A stretch of 37,013 bases of DNA from Cytophagales bacterium (GTDB lineage: Bacteria > Bacteroidota > Bacteroidia > Cytophagales > JAPOQI01): NCBI GenBank assembly GCA_026710765.1, contig JAPOQI010000035.1, positions 1-37,013 of the forward strand. Reading direction: 5' to 3'. Made by a program: the position numbers and the translations under genes. Below the pieces are notes generated by a model that saw only the letters and a list, made by a program, of their open reading frames with translations, was not told where the DNA came from and ran no database searches. How positions within the stretch are numbered: the first letter of the stretch is position 1; every line of letters begins with the position of its first letter. Shown in pieces: positions 1 through 10,900 of the stretch.

Positions 1-1257
1 ATTAGTTATGCGGGTAAGGCATTGCGGCGGAAATCTCATCAGTCACAAGACACACTGGGTCGGATCAATAGTATTTTGGAGGAAACGGTTCAAAACATAT
101 CTGCCATCCAGTCTTCGGTTGCTGAGTCATATTTCAGCAATGCAACAAAAAAGAATCTGTACGTTTATTTGAAATTCAATTTGTCTGCCATCAAACGGTC
201 TGCCTTAGCGCTGCCGGTGGCAGAAATTCTGAGTACTGCAACTCTATGTTTTTTATTGTGGTATGTGGGAAGTCTTCTCTTTGGAGGGGTTCCTCTCTTG
301 AGTGCCCCCGAGTTTATGACTTTTTTGTTGATTTTCCATCAACTATCCCGCCCTGCGAGATCCTTTGCTGATTCACTTAACCGCTTACACCGAGGATTGG
401 CATCGGGGGAACGTATTTTTGAAATCCTAGATCTGAGTGAAGAGTCTATGATCGCAAATAAGGGAAAACTTCTGGCCAGGTCTCTGAAAAAAGAATTGAT
501 CCTGGAGCGACTTAGTTTTCAATACCCTGGTTCAACTGCACCTATTTTACAAGATATTGATATACATATTCCCAAACATTCACACATAGCCTTGGTTGGG
601 AGGTCGGGTGGGGGGAAGACCTCTTTATTTCATCTTATTCCTCGTTTTTATGAACCCTCAGAAGGTCGTATCCTCTTGGACGGCCACCCCTTAGCCGAAT
701 ATGAACTCTCCTCTTTGCGAAATATGATAGGTATAGTCCCACAAGAAAGCCATCTCTTCCACGATAGCTTTTATCAAAATATCAGCCTGGGGCGTCCCAC
801 CACCTCTAGGGAAATCATCCGAGCTGCCCAAATTGCCTCAGCACACGATTTCATTATGGCACATCCCAAGGGATATGAAACACAGATTGGAGATAGAGGC
901 ATCACACTATCCGGCGGACAACGACAACGACTCTGTATCGCCCGAGCCATCCTACTCAACCCCCCCCTCCTACTATTAGACGAAGCAACCTCTGCCCTGG
1001 ATTCTGAATCTGAACAAGCGGTTCAAAAAGCCCTCTTCAGGGTCATGGAGGACCGAACCTGTCTAAGTATTGCCCACCGACTTAGCACAATTCAAGATGC
1101 CGATACCATCTTCGTCATGGAAAAAGGAAAAATTATTGAACACGGAAACCATCAAAGCCTAATCCGTCAGCAAGGACGATATCACGGACTCATTCGTTTT
1201 CAATTCGGGGATAAGGAAGAACATATACTTCAAAACAAAGATAAGGACGGATCTTAA
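1..1257 (+). CDS. ABC transporter, fused permease/ATP-binding protein of the MsbA/lipid-export type (5' end lies outside the window)
   Basis: Frame 1 is open from nt 1 (ISYAGKALRRK...), so the TTG listed at 22 is internal. Motifs seen: Walker A GRSGGGKTS, Q-loop VPQES, ABC signature LSGGQRQR, Walker B LLLLDEATSALD, H-loop SIAHRLS. Hydrophobic TM segments precede the NBD. Confidence 0.9.
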   Translation: MSYAGKALRRKSHQSQDTLGRINSILEETVQNISAIQSSVAESYFSNATKKNLYVYLKFNLSAIKRSALALPVAEILSTATLCFLLWYVGSLLFGGVPLLSAPEFMTFLLIFHQLSRPARSFADSLNRLHRGLASGERIFEILDLSEESMIANKGKLLARSLKKELILERLSFQYPGSTAPILQDIDIHIPKHSHIALVGRSGGGKTSLFHLIPRFYEPSEGRILLDGHPLAEYELSSLRNMIGIVPQESHLFHDSFYQNISLGRPTTSREIIRAAQIASAHDFIMAHPKGYETQIGDRGITLSGGQRQRLCIARAILLNPPLLLLDEATSALDSESEQAVQKALFRVMEDRTCLSIAHRLSTIQDADTIFVMEKGKIIEHGNHQSLIRQQGRYHGLIRFQFGDKEEHILQNKDKDGS

Positions 1258-1819
1258 AGAGATCTGGAAAAGTAGTTTCAAACTCCTGTTCAAAATGGGT
1301 CCAAGAGTTAAGGAATCCATGATTTTCCCGATAATCCACAATTTGATCTGCCAATTCTGCGGATAGATACGGATGGCTACTCAGATCTTGCTGATTCCCA
1401 TGGTTGATTCGGACCCAAGGAATAGGACATAGGGTCATTTGAAAGGTACGTTGCAAATTCCCAATCACCTTTCGGCTCAGTCTAGGAATTTCACGGAGTT
1501 GAATCCAGTCATGAAAGCCACCCAAGCTATCCCGACGATTTATAATTCGTTGGGAAAGAACAGCACCTATTCCCCGAACCTTTTCTAAGTCCTCTCTCCG
1601 CACCCGATTCAACTCTTGACCATGCAAAGGAGACACAGCCTTAGTACCTTCGGGTTGGAGACCTTCAACTGATGCATTCTTTTCCCGTTGCAGGACAAAT
1701 GATAAGACAAGCAGAAAGAGAATCAGGGGCAGGAAAATATAAAAACCTTTGTGAACTAGATCAGGACGGTCTGGATTCCCTGATTCTTTTTCACAATCAT
1801 TAAATTTAGGGTATAGCAT
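1190..1819 (-). CDS. membrane-anchored helix-hairpin-helix DNA-binding protein, ComEA-like
   Basis: ATG at 1819. One N-terminal TM helix (FYIFLPLILFLLVLSFVL). Two HhH-like units (LEKVRGIGAVLSQRIINRR and LSSHPYLSAELADQIVDYR). Confidence 0.6.
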   Translation of the reverse strand: MLYPKFNDCEKESGNPDRPDLVHKGFYIFLPLILFLLVLSFVLQREKNASVEGLQPEGTKAVSPLHGQELNRVRREDLEKVRGIGAVLSQRIINRRDSLGGFHDWIQLREIPRLSRKVIGNLQRTFQMTLCPIPWVRINHGNQQDLSSHPYLSAELADQIVDYRENHGFLNSWTHFEQEFETTFPDLFKIRPYLCFEVYVLPYPRIENE

Positions 1820-1954
1820 ATTCTCAGAGATTTTTTCTGAGCAAAGCAGTCTATGAAAATTTGGATTTTCTTCAAATTTTTCCTACCCTAGGGGAGAGAG
1901 GGTCATCCCCAATGGGGGGGTTGAGTCCTCTCATGTTAAGGCTTTTGTTTGAGA

Positions 1955-4900
1955 ATGGGAAAAAATAACGTGAAAAAGATTTTCTTGGGCTTGGGTTTGG
2001 GATTCTTCATATCCTTGTTTTGCTCAAGTCATCTCGGGGCCCAAACGAGTTCTGAATTCCGTTTTGTAATTCAATCTCCCTATACCCAGTTGGAAAAAAA
2101 AGGAGAAAGAAATTATATACCCATCTTTGAAGAGATCTACGTTTTCAGCAATGTCCAAGCCACCCCACAAAACCCCAAATATTTAGGGAGATTTGAACCC
2201 TCTTCAGGAAATAGTACCGATTTCATATATGAGATTCTTTTTGGTGATGTAAATGGATTATTTGTCCTCGGGAATAATTCATCCGATGCGAATAGGCTCT
2301 ACCTAGCCAAACCCTTTGAAGAAGATACCCCAAGCCGAATGGCTATTCACCTAGTCACGATAAATAAGACTACACGCAAAGAGAGTCGCGTCCAGGTGAT
2401 TGTGAACCAGAAAAAGATAAATACAAACGATACAGGTGCCCGCGTGGTTATTTTCCCGATAAGTGGGAACTATCAGCAACTTAGAAGCCCCCTCTACCTT
2501 CATCACCTAAATCCCAGACCTAGAGAGGGAGAGGGAGGACCCTTCCGAGGATATTTTCCTATGGTCGCCCCAGGCGAAATGACTTCCATGGTGTATGATC
2601 TAGGTGAACCCGCAGGGGCCCGCAGCGGGTCTGAGCCTACCCCACCCACAGGCATATCCACTCCCGTCTGGGGCCATGAACCCCTACAAGTCGAAGCTTC
2701 TGTGGGCGGACTCTGTGTGATCTGCCTGAGGGAAGCAGATGGAAGCTTTGGATCCCTAGTGTCTCCCTCCGAAACAATAACTACAACAAGTTCTTCAGGA
2801 AGAAAATTCACCAGGACGGATCGCAAAAAATATCCTTTCCTTGACTCTTCCGGCCGGCCGATTCTCGAGGATGTCCATGGTTCTGATACGGAATGGAACG
2901 GGCTTTTCGCCTATCCCGTAGCCCTTGTTCAAGATGCCTCAGGAAATGTTCGGGGATTTGAAAGATGGGATGACGCAAGACATGGGTCTGCCAAGAGGTG
3001 TTATCATGTCAACCTCACCCTTGATCCGCTAGATGGAAGCACTTCTTCATTTTTCCAATTAGACAAAATGGTTTCGACCAATCAAAGTTTTCGTGTGCAA
3101 TTGAAAGATTTTCATGGGGTTGGATCTAGTGGTAATGATTTAGTGTTTTCCAATCCCCAACCTTTTCTTTTCCGCTTCATTAGACCCAAAGATGATCAGT
3201 TTCATGCAAAACGTAATGATCTTCTTGTAAAGAGATATCAGGACTATAAGTTGGAGGCGGATGTGGATGATGAGGGGAATCCAGTTTTAGATGATGAGGG
3301 GAATCCAATTTTAAGGAAGGTGGTGGATGATGAGGGGGGTCTAGTTTTAGTTGATGAGGAGAGAGCGATTCGTACCAAAAGGCTTAGTTCTTCGGGTCCA
3401 GGGTTGGGTCTTGTGAGGTTTTCATCTGCTCTGGAAAAAGGGGACTTTGAAAATTCTGAGGTCCACCTACCCTTCCGTCAAACCACCTCTGTGGTGTTTT
3501 TTGTGGATGAGTTTCCCATTTCTGCCAACACCATTTTAGGCACCCTTCATCAGCCCAGACCCGGAGAGGAATACCCTTCATTCCTACTCAGGCCCAGGAA
3601 TTCTATATCTGGATTAGGGTCTTCCGGTCCCAGGGGAGATTTTGTTGAAATATTTTCTTCAGCTGAGATCACTTCCTCAGGTGCTACTCTAGAGTTTGAA
3701 GTTCATTATCCAGGGGGTGTCTTCTATGCTGAACGGCCCACCATCCTTCAAATTCAGGTCAAAGCTATTTCTAATCCCAGGTTGGTGGGGATGAATTTAG
3801 TAGTTCAACCTAGCTACCAATTTTCTGAGCAAATAGATAGGAATCCCATCCGTACCCCCATCCTATATGATGACTCAATTCCCATCATATTGCGGGGCGG
3901 GGCTTCTTTTTCTGATACAGCATCGGGTTTGATCGGCGAACTTTCTTCCTATGGCTTGAGATTCCCCAATACACAGCCCAGCTATCGTATCACAAGTGTA
4001 AATCCGCTGGGTCTATCCATAGGGGGTCCCTTAGGCAATCAACTTCATGTGGTCAAGGATGTTCCTGCATCGGGTACTTATGATATTGAAATTCAGTCTT
4101 CTTTTCCGGGTGTCAACGGGATCAGTCGGTCTTTTTCTTTTCAGGTCCTTCCACCAAAGGTCTTCGGAGGAAGTGAAGATCCTCCCCATTTTCGGCATCC
4201 TGAACTCAATCGTGCTTATTCAAGCGATGGTATTTCTCTTTCCATCCCCAAAGGCACCTATAACAGGGGGATCATTTTGGCTACTTATCCCCTCCAAAGC
4301 CAGGATGGATTAGAGCTTATCTATGAGCTCTCCACCCCGAATGGAGATATACCTGATTTTCTCTACTTGGATGGAAATTTCCTCAAAACAAGTGGTAAAG
4401 CCGTCAACACAGCCGCAACCTACCGAATAGAATCCTCCGTCCAAGTGACCAATTACAGCGAAATCATTAGAATTCCTGGACATCCTTTCGTACTTAGGGT
4501 TCTAGATCGTCCTAAATCTCTGGGGCTTCTCAGTTCTTTCATCAGAGGTAGCGGGGCAGGTCAAGGAGCCGAGCGTCTTTTGTACACATCCGACAGAGAA
4601 CTACTTCTCTCTGAAGATTTAGATCCCAATACAGAAATAGAAATAGGTATCCTTAGTTTCCATGGTCTTTATTTTCTTGGAGATTCTCGTATTCAGAGTG
4701 GTAATGCGCGGGATGCCCAGGGTGAAGATATTTTCTCCCTTCAAAACCGTAGACTCCTTTTGACGGGAAGCTTGGATTTTGAAAGATCTTCCACCCATAC
4801 TTTGATCATAGAAAAACCTGCTCGGGGTACGTCGGGTGCTGAGAGTCTTCAGGTGAATATTACTGTCCTGGACATAGAAGAGGCCCCTACTGATCTCGTT

Positions 4901-7900
4901 TTAACCTCTCATTACAAAGAAGCCGATGGTTCTTTACTCTTGCCCGAAGCTAAGGGAGAAGATTTTATAATCGGGACCCTCTCTGCCACAGATAACTTTC
5001 GCACCCTTAGTGGTGGGCTTCTGTATACTATTGATGAGGGTGATGGGACGGATGCGAAGGAGAAGTTTAAGATATTGGGAACGACACTTAGCACCTCTTC
5101 TATCCCGCTAGACGTATCTACCCGCTCCTCTCATACTTTAGTCATCCGAGCTCGAGCAAGGAGAGGTCCCAAAGGAAAGTCTGTACAACTGAGGATTCCC
5201 ATCAGGGTGAGAGCAAACACCCCTCCCACAGACATAAATTTAGAAATTGAAGGCGTCTATACCCGAGCTGATGGGCGTGGAACGGTCAATGCTGATTATG
5301 GCTCTTCACAAAAGATATTTATTCCCGAAAACCTATTTGGAACCCCAATCCATCCCCTGGTGGTGGGTAGCCTTTCAGCTGAGGATACAGAAGATATTTA
5401 TTTCAGTTATCACATTGTAGAATCGGATCCCAGTACGAGCCTTTTTGGTATTGGGGGTTCGGAGAATGATAAACTGATCCTATCTGGCAATCTAGACCAT
5501 GAAACAGAAGATACTTATAACCTAACCTTAGAAGTGCGAGATGGTTCTCCCAGCGGGACCTACAAAGAAAAATTTCAAATCCAGATATCCGACATTGATG
5601 AACCCCCATCAGGTCTTGCCTTCACCCCTTCCCAAGGATTAGCTGTGGTAGGAGAAGAAAATACGATTCAGCTACGAATTCACACGAAAGAGGGTGTAGA
5701 GGTAGGCACCGTCTCTGCCACAGACCCTGAATCACTGCCTGTTCAGTTTAGTCTCATAAGTTCTGATCCCATCCTGAGGGTAGAAGGATCTAAGATCTTA
5801 AGCACCTCATATCCTCTGAGTTTGGGACCTCCATATGATGTCAACATTCAAGCCCATACAGGGGTCGGGACCCCTAGTGCTACCCTCCCGATCCGAATAC
5901 TTGTTCAGGATGAAGAATCTCCAACAAAAATAAACCTCAGAATTGCATCTGGCTTCACCCAAGGTGGAACTCAGTCTGCCCTTTATGTTTCTTCTTCTGA
6001 GGAGCTGTATATATCTGAAAATACTACCAGCACCCCAACCGCACCCTCATTAGGGCAGCTCTCAACCCTAGATACAGATGATAACTCTTTCGTGTACGCC
6101 ATCCTAAAAGGAAATTTGGGGTCTGTTTTTTCCATAGGGGGTACGCAGAAAAATGAACTCCTTTTCTCAGGTGCCTTAGATTACGAATCCCAAACAGAAT
6201 ATGCTATCCTGCTTCAGTCTTGTCCGGAAAATAGCCTGGACTGCATTCAATCAATTTTTAAGGTTCACGTCAAAGATGTGGATGAACCCCCGGACAACTT
6301 TTCCTTCTATGCTGAACCCACCCATGGTGGAAAAAAAGGAGAATTTGATGTGGGTCTACCCCGAACCATCTCTGCACAAACGGTCTTAGGTAGCTTCAAA
6401 GCCAGAAATAACTATCCCAGTGGTGGGGGCAATCTTAGATATCGTCTGGAGAATACTTCTACCCTCTTCACGGTGGAAGGAAATAAAATCAGGATTTCTG
6501 ATGACGGTTCTTTTGATTCAGAAAGCCCTGATAACTATACCCTTTCCCTCATCATAGACACAGGTGATGAAACTCAATCGTCCACACAAAGTCTGAAACT
6601 CCACCTCTCTTCCACCCCATCTCCTGGTAATATCAGACTGAACATCAAGGCAGCCTTCACCCAAGCAGATGGGAGCGGGACTGTGGATGCAGTTTATGGT
6701 TCTTCTCAAGAAATCTATCTATCCGAAGACACAGCCGTCTCAAGCGGAAATCCCGTCACCCTGGGTACGCTCAGCAGTACGGACGGATCCAGTGGATTCA
6801 CCTATGTCCTGGAAGGAGATGATATTTTTAATCTGAGCGGGACCTCGGTTCAATTGATCCGACCCGCAGACTACGAAAAAAATAGCTCCCATATCTTGAC
6901 CATAGAAATTACCAACACAAATACCCAACGCTATTATAAAGAAGATTTCAACATTCATGTACAAGATGTGGATGAGCCCCCCCTTTTGAGTGCAAGTATT
7001 CGCCGTGCCTTTTCAAATTCCGATCCATCTATCCACATATCTTTTCGGAGTACCCAAGCCAAAGTACTGGAATTGGCTGATCTGGAAGCTACTGATCCCG
7101 AAGGGCAATCCGTGGTATTTACTATCACGAGTCCTACGGATCCTCTGAATTCGGAAGAATACTTTTCGCTCTCCACAGACGGAATTTTAAAAACATCGGG
7201 CAGTCTAAATCTACCCTCTGGTTCATATACCATTGGGCTCAGTGCCAATACAGGATCTAATACGGCTGTGGCTTCCCTGAACCTACAAGTTCAGATCATA
7301 GACAATCAAACACCCACAGATATTGTTCTTCTAATAGAAGGAAATTTCACGGCAGCCGATGCCACCTCAACAAGTGAAAGCAAAAAATATAAAGAAGGAA
7401 GTCAAGGTCTTTATGTACCCGAAAAGCTAAGTGCCTCAGCCCAAGCCCCCATCATTCTGGGTAGCTTGTCCTCCGTGGATGGAGACGATGGAAGGGGTTT
7501 TTCTTATGCTCTGGTGGAAACATACCCTTTTCTTTCCCTGGGCGGGACCTATCAAAATGAACTACATCTTATCAATCCTCTGAATTATAACCTGGCAATC
7601 CAACACGATTTCACAATCCGAACAACAGATTCTCAAAATGCGTCCTTTGAAAAAACTTTTGAAATTCAGGTCGTAGACATACCTGAAGCACCCACGGATT
7701 TATCTCTCAAACCTGCGACAAATTTCGGAACCCAGGATAATTCGTTATTCCTCAAAGTAGGGACCTTCCCTGGAATCCAAATGGGTACTTTTCAGGCTAC
7801 CAATAACTATCCCTCGGGCGGTGATTTGGTCTACCAAATCACAGGAGGCGATGATTCACTCAATAAATTTGAAATAAATGGCAACATGCTCCAAACCTCC

Positions 7901-10900
7901 ATCAACCTAAGCACTCTGGCCAAAACCTATACCCTGGAAATAGAAGCCTATTCAAGTAACATTCAAAAAACCCCAGAACTCATTGCTTCTCTTTCTGTCT
8001 CCATCACGGTTCAACCCAACAAGCCACCCCATGATATAAAATTAAACATCAAGGGGGTCTATACCCAATCGGATGGAACAGGTAGTACCGATGCGGTCTA
8101 TACCCCTGGGGTACAAGAGATTTATATCAAGGAGGATGCTTTTACCACGACTGATATCGTGATCGGACAGCTTTCTACCCTAGATGTGGATGATAACCAA
8201 TTCACCTACCTCTTATCCCTGAGTAATAATGTGGGGGGTCTTTTTGCTGTTTCCGAGATCGGAGAGTTATCTCTGATCAATACCTTAGACTATGAGTTAG
8301 ACAAGAGATATACCCTCAATGTATTCTCCTCAGATCCCGATAGGGCTTCTGTGTCCAGAAGTTTTGTTCTTCATGTGGTAGATGTAGACGAGGCGCCTAC
8401 CCGATTTGCTTTCAATACTAAGGAGGGTTATGGTGGGATTCCGGCTGAGAATATTTCGGCTAGGGTGAGTCTGAAGACAGAGGATAATTTTTCAATAGGT
8501 GAGTTTTCGGCACAAACTAATTGGTCTGGGGGTTCTTTGCGCTATCGTCTTACAAGAGATCAGGCTTCCCCCCACACGGGACGATTCGCTATCTCGGGAT
8601 CCGAACTCCAAACCACAGCAACTCGGATCCAAAAAGGAGATCCTGATTACCGATTAGGAATAACCGTAGACACAGGTGATGGAACCTTATCTTCTGTACA
8701 CGAAATTATCATTAGGGTGGTCCCGTCCCAACCCCCCTTGGATATCAATCTTTTGCTCCTTCCCCTATTTGCCCGAACGACTGCGGCAACCCTATATCAT
8801 AAAGATTCTCAACATATATACGTCTTGGAGTCAGCAGATGCTGCCACGGGTCCGATAGATTTGGGTACCCTTTCTACACAAGATATAGATAGTCAGATTC
8901 ATAGTTATAGCTTCCTTAACAATTCAGATGTGAATTCTACCTTCAAGCTCTTACAAGAGAATGGCAATACGGTCTTATATTTAAACAAAAACCTGAATTA
9001 TGAAGAGAAGGATACATATGTCTTGGAATTGAGAAGTGAAGATGAGGCAAACGAGTATGTGGAACGGGATTTTATCCTCCATGTTCTTGATGCAGATGAG
9101 CCCCCTACGGGTCTTTCTTTTGTTCCCTTTTCCAAGTTTGAGGTTTCGGGTACTGAGCATACGGCTACTATTCCTGAGAGTAAACGTAGAATAATGCAAA
9201 TAGGGGAGTTCAGCGCAACTAATAATTATTCTGTCGGCAATTCCATTCTTAGATTTGTCCTAAAAGGAGGAGATGATCCCGGGGATCAGGCTAAATTTTC
9301 AATACAGGGAAATCAGTTACTCACCACAAAAATACCACTCTCAAGGGATATCAAAACAAATTATACCCTCAGCATTCAGGTAGATACGGGAGAAAACACA
9401 GAGTTCAATACGCTGTCTGTGAATATAATTGTATCAAGGAATATTCCCCCATCAGATATTGACCTCTCCATCCAAGCCATGTATACCTCTGAACGACAAG
9501 ATGCCTCCGCAGCCCTCGACTATGCTGAGGGTACGCAGGAGATCTATCTTTTGGAAGGAGAACTTGTCCAACCCCTTGTAATAGGGAGTCTTTCGGCAGA
9601 AGATGAAGATGATAGTTCTTTCACCTATCAAATAGTCGGGGGAAATGAAGGAGATTTTTTTGACATCTTTGAACGTATAGAGAATGGTTTTTTGGTTGAA
9701 CATCAACTTCGTCAAGTGGATGACCTGGATAGAGAAACAACTGCCCTCCATACCCTTATGATAGAGGTTAGTGATGGGGGTGGAGAAACCCGAACCGAGT
9801 CGTTTAAGATACATGTAATAGATGTTAATGAGCCTCCTTTGATTGCTTTCACGGTGGCAGAAGATTTCCAAACCCCCAATTCAGATGTGGTTTCTGTGAC
9901 CGAAGGAACTCCCCCAGACCTCCTCCTAGGCACCCTTTCTGCCCGAGATCCTGAAAAACTTCCTATATCTCTGGAAATCACCTCCGGGGATGATGCGCAA
10001 GGTTTTGAAAAATTCCAGCTCAGTGGAGATCAAAACCTTGAATTAAAAACCACCAACAATCCTCTAGAAAGAACGGCAAACAAAGAAGAATACCTCCTGA
10101 ACATCACCGCATCCACTGGAGATGTAGGAGATAGCTCGTCTATAAATATCAGGATCAGGATATCCCGAAATTTACCCCCTACCGACCTGCTTCTCTTAAT
10201 TAAACAAGCCTTCACAGGGGGACATCCTTCAGACAGAAATTATGAAGACATTAGAGGCGTTGTCCATCTGAAAGAAGACAGCTACAAGTCGGAACCCGTC
10301 CTGATCGGAACCCTATCTTCCGTGGATAGCGATAGCAAATATTTCACTTATACCCTCGCTCAGGAAGGAAACGAAGGAGAATGGTTTGCCATTTCAGGAG
10401 AAGAAAAAAATGAACTCTATCTGGTCAAAACCTTAGTCCAGGGTAAAAGGAGATATGATGTAAAAATAACCTCCACCGACACATTTGGACGAGGTAATTT
10501 TGCGAGAGTATTTACCATAGAAGTCGCCAAACCCAATGCATCCCCCAAGGATCTATCTATCACACCTAATGGTCCCATTTCTATTCCCCAAAGTTCAGAA
10601 AAGGGAACCGAAATAGGAGTTCTTTCTGCAAAGGATCCGGATGGTGATATTATTAAGTATTCCATTCTGAGTGGGAATGAAGAAGAGTTGTTTGAATTAT
10701 TACAAAATATCGTCCTGCTAAGGCGGGAGGCCTCCGAAGCCGAGCGATCGGAATATATCCTAAGATTCCTGGCTGAAGATGGAAATGGAGGAAATAGCTC
10801 CTTGGATGTGAATATTCTTATTCTGTCGGAGACAAAGGATCCTAAGAATTCTGAAGGCCCCATGTCTTTATCCCGCAGAAACCTATCCAGACTGGTTTAT

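Noticed and set aside
1914-1920. G7 homopolymer 35 nt upstream of the giant adhesin start, as a phase-variation switch
   Set aside because: C/G runs of 7-8 are common in this window, including inside essential genes. Examples are C8 at 30521-30528 in rpsE, C8 at 18177-18184 in the LuxE-like gene and C7 near 36783 in rplB. The tract is therefore not distinctive. Population read data would be needed to show length variation.
3632-3640. RGD tripeptide (GPRGDF) in the giant protein as a possible integrin-binding motif
   Set aside because: By rough reckoning from typical residue frequencies, a given tripeptide is expected about once by chance in a 3,000-aa protein. There is no supporting context such as a host-associated lifestyle or an exposed-loop prediction.
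10417-10863. 148-aa minus-strand ORF, plus others at 9452-9871, 9712-9981, 6955-7248 and 2503-2826, inside the giant gene
   Set aside because: All lie antisense to an uninterrupted 9.1-kb ORF with clear domain structure. None has a signal peptide or recognisable motif, and several overlap each other. They are most likely shadow ORFs.
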